Shown: positions 49,916 to 63,409, counted from the whole stretch's first letter. The stretch is 63,470 nt of DNA, filler included, from Octopus bimaculoides (GCF_001194135.2; 4 parts of 2 records of this genome joined end to end with filler, not necessarily neighbours in it); one strand, 5' to 3'. Made by a program: numbers and translations. The notes: generated by a model not told the origin, from the sequence alone.

Positions 49916-50805
49916 ATATGTGTACGTATGCATGTATGTATATAGACATATATGCATATATATATATATANNNNNNNNNNNNNNNNNNNNNNNNNNNNNN
50001 NNNNNNNNNNNNNNNNNNNNNNNNNNNNNNNNNNNNNNNNNNNNNNNNNNNNNNNNNNNNNNNNNNNNNNNNNNNNNNNNNNNNNNNNNNNNNNNNNNNN
50101 NNNNNNNNNNNNNNNNNNNNNNNNNNNNNNNNNNNNNNNNNNNNNNNNNNNNNNNNNNNNNNNNNNNNNNNNNNNNNNNNNNNNNNNNNNNNNNNNNNNN
50201 NNNNNNNNNNNNNNNNNNNNNNNNNNNNNNNNNNNNNNNNNNNNNNNNNNNNNNNNNNNNNNNNNNNNNNNNNNNNNNNNNNNNNNNNNNNNNNNNNNNN
50301 NNNNNNNNNNNNNNNNNNNNNNNNNNNNNNNNNNNNNNNNNNNNNNNNNNNNNNNNNNNNNNNNNNNNNNNNNNNNNNNNNNNNNNNNNNNNNNNNNNNN
50401 NNNNNNNNNNNNNNNNNNNNNNNNNNNNNNNNNNNNNNNNNNNNNNNNNNNNNNNNNNNNNNNNNNNNNNNNNNNNNNNNNNNNNNNNNNNNNNAGAGAG
50501 AGAGAGAGAGAATAAAATAATCATGAAATTATATTTGCCGAAAGTAGACGCCCTCGGGTTTACTTTACTATTTAACCTATCACTATGTGTGTGTATGTGT
50601 GTATACATATGCATACATATATGAACACAACTTTTATTACATAATGGAATCAGAGGAAACCATTACTCTGAGTTTCTCATAAACTCCAGTAAAAACTCGT
50701 ACAGGATTGGGTACACTTGAAGGAAATTGTTCAAAGTGTCACGCAGGCGTGTCAAACCCGTAACCACATGCCATAGGACCATCATTTGTTGCTGCAAATA
50801 TGTCA

Positions 50806-50860
50806 ATTTGATACAGTATATATTTGATACAGTATATATTATTGATACAGTATATATTTG
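50806..50860 (+). repeat. Short tandem repeat TTGATACAGTATATAT, 3 units
   Basis: Direct reading. Confidence 0.85.
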
Positions 50861-53647
50861 TGAAACATTCCGAAAATTCTGTCTGAAATTCCTGGGATGA
50901 ACTTATTCACAAAAACATGTGTACAGATGGCATATACAGAAATATATACATGAAAAGTAATCACATATACATACATGCACGTATAGACGTGTACTAATAT
51001 TACAAGTACATCAGTTTCTGAGTTCTCGTACATTCAGTCAACTCCCATATATGTATTTAAAAACTATTTAAAATATTCTCAAATCCGTGAAACTCTAAAA
51101 AAAATCAAAATATATCTCGTCATTTTGCCAGTGACCGGTTTACATCCGACCAAAAAGAACTTTAGAAATAGTCGTCATTGTAGTAATGAAACGTACCAGT
51201 TTATAAATGAACAGAGCTAAACCTAAAACTGGGTAATACAGACCCATGTCAAGAGGTCAAACCTTAGCTATACAAGACACCCATATCTTCGATATTTCAA
51301 GGAAAAATTAAAAGGTAAAAATTAAGAAAAGAGAAAAGACAGTACAAACAACAAAAATAGTAAAGAACAAAAACTTGAGGCCAACTAAAACTTGGTAGTA
51401 ACTATTTTTTGACTGCTTCAATGAAACTGAGTTAGGTCGCTGAAATGCGAAGAAAAATTTGATATGTCAAAAAAAAAAACGAACATTGTATATATCAGTA
51501 GTTGTGAGTTCTTAAATCCCTGCAAATGCCTGTATCGCTGTAATAGCTGAGCTTCAATTACAAATCAATGAAAAACATACATTGCAACACTCATAAACAT
51601 ACACAATAAAACTCACATAAAAAGTTTATCCACTGCAACATTTCAAAATATATTGCAATGCTGCTGATGTTTTCCTGTCGTTTCCTTGTTGTTTAATCCC
51701 CATGTCAACGCTGAATGACTGACCATCTGATAAATTCCATTCCAGCCTTCTTCAGCCCGTATGTATCGTCTCCTTCAAGATGTAATACCTCAATACTGTA
51801 TGAAACGAACACAAGCAGATTTCGTAGATATTTCTAACAGATAAGAAAGGTTTTCTTGTGGAAAATGTCAACGTAACGTTATAAACCAAATTCGTCTTTT
51901 ATATATCAGCGAGCAAAAAGATGTAGCGATGAAGATCTATTTTCGTAAACAGTATGAAAGAGCCTTTCCAAAAGCAAGCGTTTTGGGCACCTAGAAGGCC
52001 TTTATCAAAATTTAAAATTTACATTTGTATATATAATAATCTGTGCACTATGTTAAATTACTAAATCATTCAATTTGAAACGTTTTCAAGCAAGAAAGCA
52101 ACCGACGAACAGGCACTTTGGCAGCTCAAAATGTGAGCAAAACAGTGAAGATAAGCGAGACTTTTCTAAAGTGCGACATATAACTACTTAAAAATTAACC
52201 TTTATTTATGTGTTTGTTTGAAACCAGCAACTAAAATAATTAAAAAGACATAAATACGACGCGCACACATACATACAGTATCATAGGCGCAGAACAAGAT
52301 CACGTCTTCAAATATACAGAACCAACATAAAAAGAATTTTAAACATTTTTTATGACTTCTAGGTGAGAATATTGGGCCTGTATTGATCAATTCAGAACAC
52401 ATGCTAAACAGAGATAACATTTGATTACATACTCTGTGTGGTAAAGCAGTGTATCGGCGTCAGGTAAACTGTAGTCTGAAGGATTTGACAGTGCAGCGAC
52501 AACAGTTACTGTTGTTTCACATATCGAGATAATCGGTTTGTTGACAGGTGGGTGCGTTGGAGGAAAGTTTTACTATTGACAAATAGGAATTATAAATACC
52601 CTACGTAGACCAAACTAGTACGTCCTTTCCGGCAATGGCTAAGTTCTTTAATAAGACGTATCTTTAGCGATATATAATAAATCAGTTTTTCATGTGAATT
52701 GAAACTGCAAGCTGTTGCAGTATATGTATTTACTCGCGGGTGCGAATTAGTGGATTTGAACTTCAAGATAGTGTGGAGAGGATCTGTCGAGGATATTTCA
52801 GGTGACACCGAAGAAGTAGTTTTTTTTTTTCGAAATCCTCAGAGTTTTCCTCTTGCCTACACCTGAAGTAATGCAAATGCTACGTAAATTCTCCCTTGAA
52901 GTTGTTGGCAGCTAGCTATGCCCAAGTTGTATCGCTCAGTGACATCGGATTGTATGACTCTATGGGCCACGGTGTTTGAAGAGCAGAAAGGTTCCGGGAA
53001 GAATTTCGGCAGCTGGCGTGTATGGTGAAAACTGTGTGGGATTATGTTTATTTCCCTTATAAAGAAAAATGTTCGGAGACATATATGATTTTAGCATGAG
53101 TAGCTAACCATAGAAACCATTTTTTAATATTTCTAATATATTGTTTTATATCTTCTTTGCGTTAATTGCCTGTGTTCGATAATGTGGGCGGGTTAAATGG
53201 CAAAAATCATATAAAATAAACAACATTCTAACAGATATTAGACGTTGAAGCAAATTTTCTTGTAGAAAAAATAAATATTTATGGCATGGATTAACTAGGG
53301 AATATGCTATAACTTGCTGTACGATAGAACAAACTCTTTTTAGTTAATATGAACTACACAAACTAAAGTTGATAGATATGTAAAACACGGAAAATAAGAA
53401 AATATATTAAGAGGATAAAAGTTAATGACCACTGTGACAAGCTTAAGAGAAAACTAAAAATATGAAGAAAATTACGAAGAATACTATAAAAATAAATACA
53501 TACGAAACACTTGCGTATTTTAACATTCAAGACAATTTAACTAATTATCAGAAATACTCGTAATAATCGTTTGTAAGTTATGGCCATAAAACTCGATTCG
53601 GAGTTACAAACAATTCTAGAGACACACGAATATAATGTATATATGTG

Positions 53648-53682
<35 letters not shown>

Positions 53683-54993
53683 NNNNNNNNNNNNNNNNNN
53701 NNNNNNNNNNNNNNNNNNNNNNNNNNNNNNNNNNNNNNNNNNNNNNNNNNNNNNNNNNNNNNNNNNNNNNNNNNNNNNNNNNNNNNNNNNNNNNNNNNNN
53801 NNNNNNNNNNNNNNNNNNNNNNNNNNNNNNNNNNNNNNNNNNNNNNNNNNNNNNNNNNNNNNNNNNNNNNNNNNNNNNNNNNNNNNNNNNNNNNNNNNNN
53901 NNNNNNNNNNNNNNNNNNNNNNNNNNNNNNNNNNNNNNNNNNNNNNNNNNNNNNNNNNNNNNNNNNNNNNNNNNNNNNNNNNNNNNNNNNNNNNNNNNNN
54001 NNNNNNNNNNNNNNNNNNNNNNNNNNNNNNNNNNNNNNNNNNNNNNNNNNNNNNNNNNNNNNNNNNNNNNNNNNNNNNNNNNNNNNNNNNNNNNNNNNNN
54101 NNNNNNNNNNNNNNNNNNNNNNNNNNNNNNNNNNNNNNNNNNNNNNNNNNNNNNNNNNNNNNNNNNNNNNNNNNNNNNNNNNNNNNNNNNNNNNNNNNNN
54201 NNNNNNNNNNNNNNNNNNNNNNNNNNNNNNNNNNNNNNNNNNNNNNNNNNNNNNNNNNNNNNNNNNNNNNNNNNNNNNNNNNNNNNNNNNNNNNNNNNNN
54301 NNNNNNNNNNNNNNNNNNNNNNNNNNNNNNNNNNNNNNNNNNNNNNNNNNNNNNNNNNNNNNNNNNNNNNNNNNNNNNNNNNNNNNNNNNNNNNNNNNNN
54401 NNNNNNNNNNNNNNNNNNNNNNNNNNNNNNNNNNNNNNNNNNNNNNNNNNNNNNNNNNNNNNNNNNNNNNNNNNNNNNNNNNNNNNNNNNNNNNNNNNNN
54501 NNNNNNNNNNNNNNNNNNNNNNNNNNNNNNNNNNNNNNNNNNNNNNNNNNNNNATATATATATATATATATATATAATGATATTTAGCAGGTACCACGTT
54601 ACAAAACACGAAAACATTGGAGTGTCAAAGATACCGAAGAAAAATATATGCTAATTAACACATCAGCTGATTATGCTATTCAAACTAAGGTAAATAAGTG
54701 ATATTATTCCTATGTATGATATGGCAGGATACCAATCATTATAAATAAGTACAAGATAATGATAATAATATAGATAAATCAACCTAGAAACTAGAATCTA
54801 GCTAGGCGTTATGTACAAGTTACTTATATACTGAGTAAAAGAAAATGGCTAAAGAAATGAAGAATTCGAATAGGGAAATACCAAGTTATTTAGCTTTTCA
54901 AAGAGGAATCAAAACAACCACACACACAAACACTATTGCATATACATATACATATGTGTGTATATATTTATGTGTGTGTGTGTGTGTGTGTGC

Positions 54994-55052
<59 letters not shown>

Positions 55053-55097
55053 TGTGCGTGTATGTATATAAAGAAGGAAAGAAAGGGACAGACAAAC

Positions 55098-55151
<54 letters not shown>

Positions 55152-55929
55152 GCATGGCCTGGTAGCATGAACCATTGCTTTGATAATTGTTTAAGACGCC
55201 TGTATAGTCGTGACCATATATGGCCACCTATTCGGCTTTTCCACCCAAACTCAGTTCAGTAGACTGGAGCAATTTCAGTGTGAACATTTTCAGTTAAGTT
55301 GACATGAAGTGCGTTGCTTTAGGACATAATGCGCAGCCCTGTCTAGGATTCTAAGTCTAATTAACGTGAGCCAAAGTAGGCAACGCAAGTCAAGGGTTAA
55401 TAGAAAGTATACAATCAAAGTTAGCTATATAGGTCTAGTCGCAAATATCACTCAAGTGCATCAACAGGATATAATTAATGAAAATAAATTAATCGGATAT
55501 TGAAATGAATTGTTGAAATAATAAACTTTAAGTGAAAAAAATGTTTGAAATAGAAAATATAAATTTCTTGATAATTGAATAATCCAGAGGAAATTGATGC
55601 AGGAATTAAAGAAGTTTCAGATATAAATTAGATATTGTCGGTGTAAAATACTATAGATAAAACACATTTGCTCTATATCAAAGACATACAGAATAAAGTG
55701 TAGGAGACGAAATATTGATTGCGACGGACGAAAAACTCTCTTAGGATATAAAAAAAGACAAAAGATACACAATGCACAATCAGTTAATAATTATTACCCA
55801 AGGAAAGTGTTGAAAGTCAATTGAAGTGGTCTTTTGAGAAGAATGGAATTAGTTATAGAAGCTAATCTTGTCAGAGGGGAAAAAACGAATCTACTTATAC
55901 ACATAAAGGAGGCCGATAATTAATCAAAA

Positions 55930-56525
55930 TATTTAACTGGTTGCTAATGTAAGCATGCTTTAAAAATCTTGTGATTTCAGTAAGTGATTTTCTTGAATTT
56001 TTTATTATGCATAGTACTTTCAGTAAGGAAAAGTATTTCATGCGCTTCCAGCATACACGCCTTACAAGAATATCCATTTCCAATATGAAGTTTGGCGTTT
56101 TTCAGAACATTCTCTCCATGTTTAAAATATGTAAAATTCCAAAATGAAAGTGGAAGAAAAGTTCTATTTCGTCTCTCAGTGTTCCTGGAAGAACAAGTGT
56201 CTGAACCAAATACAGTTTTTGTTGTTGTTTTTTATTGATTGGCAACTATTCTAATAAAAACTTTGTTAGTACAAGACAGTTTGATTGAATTTTACTGTCA
56301 TTATCTCAACTTAGATTCAATTTTACCATATTCGAAGACACGTTATTTTGGATTAGATTCAGTATTATTTTGTTAAAGGTACTGTAGTATTTATGTTGAA
56401 GGAAGATTTTCTGATAATAAAATCGAATATTTGAGCAAAAGGATTTGCGACTTCAAATTATAAGGCGGACTATACCAACAGATGTGTCTTTTTCTATTTC
56501 TATTATTTCTAGTATTATTCGCAAC
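55930..56525 (-). mobile_element. Penelope-like element remnant (linker plus GIY-YIG region)
   Basis: RNRKRHICWYSPPYN (compare RKRNIIWFNPPYS), HKYYSTFNK, and GNGYSCKACMLEAHEIL...MHNKK (compare CxLCLxEKxxIL...LNKR). Confidence 0.75.
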
Positions 56526-56534
56526 TATCATAAA

Positions 56535-56775
56535 ACATATTTGTGTGTATTGACCTATCCCAGATTGTGATTGCTTACTCCTTTTCTGTGACCTTTTCTG
56601 GCGTGTGCCTATTCTATATTTTTCCATTGTTATTCCATAATGTTGGCATAGCTTCCATTGTATCTAGATTCCAGCTCCGTCGTGTCTGTGAATATATTTC
56701 TTCTTAGCCAGGACCGGACAACCAGAGACAATATGATTTATTGTCTCTTGTCCATCTCCACATATTCAGCAGTTA
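56535..56775 (-). mobile_element. R4/Dong-type (RLE) non-LTR retrotransposon fragment, CCHC knuckle region
   Basis: C*ICGDGQETINHIVSGCPVLAKKKYIHRHD...QWKLCQHYGI...RHTPEKVTEKE...IWD, typical of the R4 clade before the RLE. Confidence 0.85.
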
Positions 56776-56799
56776 CTTGTATCAAACATTATCAATCAT

Positions 56800-57280
56800 G
56801 TGTTGGTACAACTTTCTTCAACATCTGTTCATCTCCCTTCTCAGAGACTCTCACCTGTACAACTTCCGTTAAGACAGATCAACCGGGGAAGTGTCTTCAT
56901 ATATCACTTATCAGATGGCCCAATCTCTTCTGAAATTCACTGTAAACAACTGTCCTTTCACATCATAAATGTATATGACCGCAGACTTCCTGTGGAATTT
57001 ATCTACATGCGAACTCTATTCGACTTCATTATCTTGGATCGATTTCTTCTGATAAATTGCACCATCGTGGCGATATGTACCTACAGACTTCATCCACACT
57101 GATACACACTTCATTAACTCTAATTTTTCCAAGGCTTATGTCGTTCTAAAGTTTCCTCTTGTATATTAAACGATCTTTTGGTCTCACATTCAACAAAATA
57201 TCAGTGTACTTAAGATGTTATCCCCTTTCTCCCACATCCTTAACCTTCCACAACCTGGTGTCATCCTTACGCAACCTAAA
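56800..57280 (-). mobile_element. Very decayed RTE-like RT fragment
   Basis: DDTRL, SVDEVCRY, EEIDPR, EVCGHIHL..RTVVY and RLGHL follow the RTE order FADD...FxYLGS...EIxxR...VLCD..KVY...RWFGH. Confidence 0.45.
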
Positions 57281-57369
57281 CACCTGACACCAAATCTCCA
57301 TAAACTAAAAAAGATTCTTTAATGATGGGTACATGTCAACAGTACCATCTTCAACAGCACAAATAAACA

Positions 57370-57990
57370 ATAACTGCACAAATCAAGAAAATGAACTTCT
57401 AATTCAACCTCACTAACGTGCACAACAGGCAATTAAAATCTACGAACACGCTACAAATTTTAAGCATTACAATCACTGATGTTTTCTTATTGGAAGTTCT
57501 CATACACAGCATAGCAAAAACGTCTCTCCAAAGATTTATTTTCACTTTTAGAGACAGATGACTCTTCATTCTCGAGCAGTTGCTACAAAGCTCACGTGAA
57601 GCCTATAATAGAATAGTACCTCCACCTATGGAACATATCTGCAACTGTATAAAAAATACCCAAAAAAAAACATCAGAAATAAAGCCATCTTGTTCATTAG
57701 CAAGGACTCTCTATAAATCGGCTCACTGCAAACTCTATTTCTTGAGCGAAATGTCTCCTCATTTTACATCTTCTCCCTTAACTGTCTCCCTTCTGCTATT
57801 AGTACCCAGCTACTTGTGTACTATCTTCATGGAATCCTTCTTATCAGTCCCGTTTCTACTCCTCTCGTACTCATTCGGTTTCCCATTTCAGGCCACTCAC
57901 TAATAACTTTTCGTAGTTCTTCCTTCCTGGACCATCAAATTCCTAGAGTTCCTTGTTGGTCACCTTCTCCGAGCCCTTCATCGTGAAGAT
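57370..57990 (+). mobile_element. APE-type LINE (CR1/L2/Jockey supergroup), post-RT C-terminal remnant
   Basis: ILSITITD..IHSIAKTSLQR...EQLL, YKAHVKPIIE*YLHLW and LQTLFLERNVSS match ILGVT..HIxSIAK..QLLxLYKAQVRPxMEY..LQxLxxRRxVAS. Confidence 0.65.
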
Positions 57991-58984
57991 CAACCGTATC
58001 AGTTTCACCATTGTTTGAGTTGGGGGATCCAATGGCCAAGTATACTTTCTTTCTCTTACACCAAAGAGTAAAATTACTTTAAAATATTTCTTATTCTACG
58101 TATATTTAGATATTTGAAAATAAACAATGTCCATGGAACATTACCAGTAAAATATTCTTTAAATACAAACAATTCAGGTCTGCCATAGTTGCTTGAGAAA
58201 AAACACAAACAAGGTACTACATAATTTTATAGATGCCATTGAAAATACGTGACAAAGGATGTTTAAAGTCAAATACTTCAAAATACCTGCAGCTTCTCAC
58301 ATTACATACTTACATTTATGCCCTTAATCTTTGGTGCATTTGATTATGTTAGTGTTTAAGTGGTAATCTCTAAAAGCTAACACTTTCAGAGGCAGAAAAT
58401 GTGACCAATTAATGTAATTTTTTTTCATTCAGTCTATCAGCGATACACTAGAAATATACAAGACTTAATTTAAGCTGTAACTGTTTACCGTTGTTCTCAT
58501 CTAGATTCCATTGTTTCATTTGAAGTAGTACAGTTTCAAATAGAATTACAGCTAAATCGTAAAATTTGTAGTAAATACTCATTTGAGGATGTTACATAGT
58601 AATTCGTTCATATTTCTCTTCATGACTACACATTTAAATACATATATGAATATATGAATACAGAAAATGTAATTAATTTACACTTTATATCTTTCCGTTT
58701 CCCATAGCCTGAAATTCGCTATCGTATAACACTTTACTTTTATAATCGTATTACAACGAACGGTTCTTACTTCCTTCTAGTAATATAAATCAATTTCGAC
58801 AGAACAGTAACGTCAGTTACAGTCAACAGTTTAGTTCCGTGTTAAATATATTTATACATAACATCAAACTAAATGACTATATTATGAAGCATCGTATGAA
58901 ATCTCTATTATCTCGTGACCCACGTAAAGTTTTGGAAAAATTCTTTCGTTTGTAATATATTGATAATTTCATAGTATGTGTTTA

Positions 58985-59040
58985 CAGAAATAGTGTTTGC
59001 AGAAATAGTGTTTGCAGAAATAGTGTTTGCAGAAATAGTG
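58985..59040 (+). repeat. Perfect 15-bp tandem repeat CAGAAATAGTGTTTG, 3.7 copies
   Basis: Direct reading. Confidence 0.95.
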
Positions 59041-59516
59041 ATGTGATTAAACAATTCGTTTCCCAACTGTACATAGTTCGGCTTCTGATCCTGATGCGCC
59101 CATTGTGTGTAAAAACTGCGAAAATCTGGTATGTATGTAATGGCATTGTTCATATATAGCAGAAAGCCAACCCTGGCTCAGCAGGATATCTATGATGAAA
59201 TGCTTTACATCCCTGATCATCACGTCCTAACCAATGGCCTGTCTCAATTTAAACAGGTTTCTTTGCAAAACGTTTAGCTATAACACTTCAGGAGATAGAT
59301 ATACAACTTAGCATCAGAAAAGGCTCTAAATGAAACTAGCATACAAAAAACTTCTATGGGATTTAGACAACTAGACAGATAAATTGATTGGACATCATAG
59401 ACCGGGTATCAATTTACATGATGAGCGAAAAAGAGAATACTTCATAATACACTGAGAAATACTTTCAGACAAAATCATTTCAAAGAAATTAATGAGGAGC
59501 TGAAAATATGCTGACT

Positions 59517-60412
59517 CACGAGGTCTGATCAATAAGTATCCGGAATGTTGTCATAGTAACAATTTTAAAGCATGCAGAGTGAAGCCGCTTGGTAAAGATT
59601 GACTATGAACATCGCAGTGCATGCGCACTAAGTTTTAATGTGCTAGCTCACTTCCACTGTTTATAGAAGTGCTTGGAAGGAAAGTGTGTAGTGTGTGATC
59701 GTCGCATTGACCATAACAGAGAAAGTTCTCATGGTGATACTTGCTCAGGGGCCTTTGCAAATTGCAGAACGTGTATTGAGAGGAGTGTATAAACCGCACA
59801 CAAGTGTACAAGTGGTTCAGACATTTCTAAGATGGCCGAAAAAATGTCGATATTCACAGACATTCTGGGAGACCCGCAACAAGCAAAACTGAGAAAAACA
59901 TCGCAGATGTGCATGCAGCTGTGAGGGGATATCGTCGAATCACCATCCGTGAGTTATCAGAGGACGTGCAGATTAATAATGGTTCAGTTCATTCTATTAT
60001 CACTGATAATTCAGGTATGAGACGCGTGTCTGCCAAGTTTGTGCCAAAACTGCTTTCAGCTGACCAAAAAGACACTCGGGTTTCAGTTGCGCAAGATCTC
60101 CTGATTGTGTTGAGAACGATCAAAACCTTTTGAAAACTTTGCATAGGCCTCTGGGCAGATATCACCAGGCTTTTGGCATAATTTGATGCAGATTCTCTGC
60201 TCAACTTTCTCTGTTATGGTCAATGCAATGATCACACGCTACACACCTTTTTCCAAGCACTGCTGTAAACAGCTGAAGTGAGCTAGAACGATAAAACTTC
60301 GTGCGCAGGCACATCAGAGTTCATAGTCAATTTGTGCCAAGCGGCTTTACTTTGCGTGCTTTAACTTCATTACTATGGAAACAGTCCGGATACTTATTGA
60401 TCAGACCACGTA
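59517..60412. mobile_element. Fold-back mariner derivative: 5' end plus transposase N-terminus, capped by an inverted second 5' end
   Basis: Termini CACGAGGTCTGATCAATAAGTATCCGGA and TCCGGATACTTATTGATCAGACCACGTA; internal RRITIRELSEDV...MRRVSAKFVPKLLSADQK; minus arm reads TEKVEQRICIKLCQK. Confidence 0.92.
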
Positions 60413-60614
60413 AAAGCAGAAATATCAAAACTGTTAGTATGCTTAACGGCAAAAGTGACAATTATGGCGCTGCTAATCCCCGAAAATTTATCGAATTTCT
60501 CCCTCCTTCGAAGAGTTTATATACTTAAAAAGGTATTTTAGTCTCTGGTTTGTAAAAGCTTGACAGTTAATTTGAAGAAAAAGTAACATTTTTAGATCAA
60601 CAGTATGCATTGGA

Positions 60615-60680
60615 GAAATAAGGCCTGAAATTTTGAGGAGGGGGGGGGTAAGTCGATTACATCGACCCCAGTGTGTAATT
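60615..60680 (-). mobile_element. SINE A 3' fragment
   Basis: AAGGCCTGAAATTTT...AAGTCGATTACATCGACCCCAGTG. Confidence 0.7.
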
Positions 60681-60754
60681 ACATCATGCCCACTACACCA
60701 AATGCCTGTGGGCATCATGATGATGATGATGATGATGATGATGATTATGATGAT

Positions 60755-61790
60755 AATTTCTTTATTAACCACAAGGGTTAACTTTAAGAAAAACGTTGTG
60801 AACAGTACAGGACAAAACAAAGAATATGTGCGTGTATATGTGTATAGGTGTGCTGTGAGGGTTTTGCGTGTAAACAAGACTAACAAAATTTTAAAATAAA
60901 CAACGTGTAATCCTCAATCGAGATGAGACGTTCGACGGCTCCTAATGGAAAAACCCCATAAAAATCATGGGTACGCTGACTTTTGGACGCTGGTACCTTG
61001 ATTTCTTCCCTTTTTTCCACCTACAGACGTATGATCAGGGCAGGCCCGTTCACTGGCACTATTCTTGCCACTTTCATTCACCTTTCAGCAAACTGACTAG
61101 AAGACAACACTTCCCTTTCTACCCTTATTTTCCTTTTCAATTGAAACTTGAAGAAATTGATCAGGGATTGAGCAAAGAGAAAAGTGTTTGTCTTCAGCCC
61201 CTTCAATCTCGTCCACCATACAACTTCTTTCGCCATGGCCACCAGGCCTTTCCTTCGTGGTTAAAGGAAGGCAGCGGGGCGATCTTCACAATGGATTCAG
61301 TTGACAGCCGGCCGGATCCATCCCATACGCGACAGCAGATGTTCGACATAAACCCACAGGTCAGCAATGCTCGAGCACTGGACGCGTGCATGCAGGACCG
61401 TCTCGTCGTCCTGCGTGCCTCTCAGATATGATCGGCTGGTGGCACTTCCGTGCCTGTAAAGTTTATCTCGAACAGGCAAAGCTCCCCGGTAACACTGCCA
61501 GGCCAGAGATTTTGGGAAATTATCCATCGATCACGGGCAGAAAGTTCTCCGGAAAAGAACGGCTAGCTGGTCTTCTTCGACGCCCAAGGTCTCCCCAAGA
61601 ACGTCGTCGCACTTTCCCTCACAAATCCGCTATAAAAGGCTAAAGTGGACATTCCACCTATCGCAGTGTCCGATTAGCTGAGGGCAGTTAGCGCTTGAAG
61701 ACATTCCACTTTCCAAATGCTCCCTCTCGGTCTCTGTTTTACCCAGGACTGCAACTCCGTTAAAGAAACTAGCTGCGGGCATACGTGTCT
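60755..61790 (-). mobile_element. L1/Tx1-clade LINE 3' portion (zf-RVT-like region, 3' UTR, AATAAA), extending into a gap
   Basis: KSLAWQCYRGALPVRDKL...DETVLHARVQCSSIADLW fits the zf-RVT pattern Wxxxxx(A)LPxxxxL...ETxxHxxxxC; minus-strand end CCCTTGTGGTTAATAAAGAAATT then (ATC)n. Confidence 0.85.
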
Positions 61791-62762
61791 NNNNNNNNNN
61801 NNNNNNNNNNNNNNNNNNNNNNNNNNNNNNNNNNNNNNNNNNNNNNNNNNNNNNNNNNNNNNNNNNNNNNNNNNNNNNNNNNNNNNNNNNNNNNNNNNNN
61901 NNNNNNNNNNNNNNNNNNNNNNNNNNNNNNNNNNNNNNNNNNNNNNNNNNNNNNNNNNNNNNNNNNNNNNNNNNNNNNNNNNNNNNNNNNNNNNNNNNNN
62001 NNNNNNNNNNNNNNNNNNNNNNNNNNNNNNNNNNNNNNNNNNNNNNNNNNNNNNNNNNNNNNNNNNNNNNNNNNNNNNNNNNNNNNNNNNNNNNNNNNNN
62101 NNNNNNNNNNNNNNNNNNNNNNNNNNNNNNNNNNNNNNNNNNNNNNNNNNNNNNNNNNNNNNNNNNNNNNNNNNNNNNNNNNNNNNNNNNNNNNNNNNNN
62201 NNNNNNNNNNNNNNNNNNNNNNNNNNNNNNNNNNNNNNNNNNNNNNNNNNNNNNNNNNNNNNNNNNNNNNNNNNNNNNNNNNNNNNNNNNNNNNNNNNNN
62301 NNNNNNNNNNNNNNNNNNNNNNNNNNNNNNNNNNNNNNNNNNNNNNNNNNNNNNNNNNNNNNNNNNNNNNNNNNNNNNNNNNNNNNNNNNNNNNNNNNNN
62401 NNNNNNNNNNNNNNNNNNNNNNNNNNNNNNNNNNNNNNNNNNNNNNNNNNNNNNNNNNNNNNNNNNNNNNNNNNNNNNNNNNNNNNNNNNNNNNNNNNNN
62501 NNNNNNNNNNNNNNNNNNNNNNNNNNNNNNNNNNNNNNNNNNNNNNNNNNNNNNNNNNNNNNNNNNNNNNNNNNNNNNNNNNNNNNNNNNNNNNNNNNNN
62601 NNNNNNNNNNNNNNNNNNNNNNNNNNNNNNNNNNNNNNNNNNNNNNNNNNNNNNNNNNNNNNNNNNNNNNNNNNNNNNNNNNNNNNNNNNNNNNNNNNNN
62701 NNNNNNNNNNNNNNNNNNNNNNNNNNNNNNNNNNNNNNNNNNNNNNNNNNNNNNNNNNNNNN

Positions 62763-62795
62763 CTAACCCTAACCCTAGGGTTAGGGTTAGGGTTA
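62763..62795. repeat. Palindromic telomere-like junction (CCCTAA)n-(TTAGGG)n
   Basis: 62763-62790 is a perfect 28-bp palindrome centred at 62776/62777; left side cut by a gap. Confidence 0.85.
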
Positions 62796-63400
62796 AAGCA
62801 AATTTAAAATGAAAAAAGAAAATAAAACGAAGGTATGGAGATTAAATACGCTTTACATCGCTTAATCAGCCAAAGGAGTAAATGTAAACAACTGAATACT
62901 TGTCAGTGATTGGTTGAAATTATCGAAATCAGACAATTTTTTACATGAAATAAATTCGAATACAAAAATATTTTTCTGTTCTATAACACAAAATAGATAA
63001 GTATACGAAGTTTGAAAGTCTTTCGGTACCAAAAACACTACGTAAAACATTAATGAAAAATGTGGCCCCCGTTTTAAAATAGATCCGAATGATTTATATA
63101 TCAAACTGATATATAAAAATATAAAATGCATTAGCCAACAGCCAAGATTAAGGATGGTTGTAATATAGAAAGTGAAGAAAAAGAAAATAATAAAAAAACT
63201 CCACACAAGCCGTATAGATGCTGACTTTCAACAGATGCAACTTGTATTGTAATAAGAACTACGTGGCTGTAGGTTGACGAAATATTATTTTTAATTTATA
63301 GGATGCTACTTTTAAGAAATATGTATACAACAGTTTTACGTGTCTATGTGTTTATTTCATCTAACTGACATCAGGTAAATATTATTCATATAAATTATAT

Positions 63401-63409
63401 ATGTGTGTG

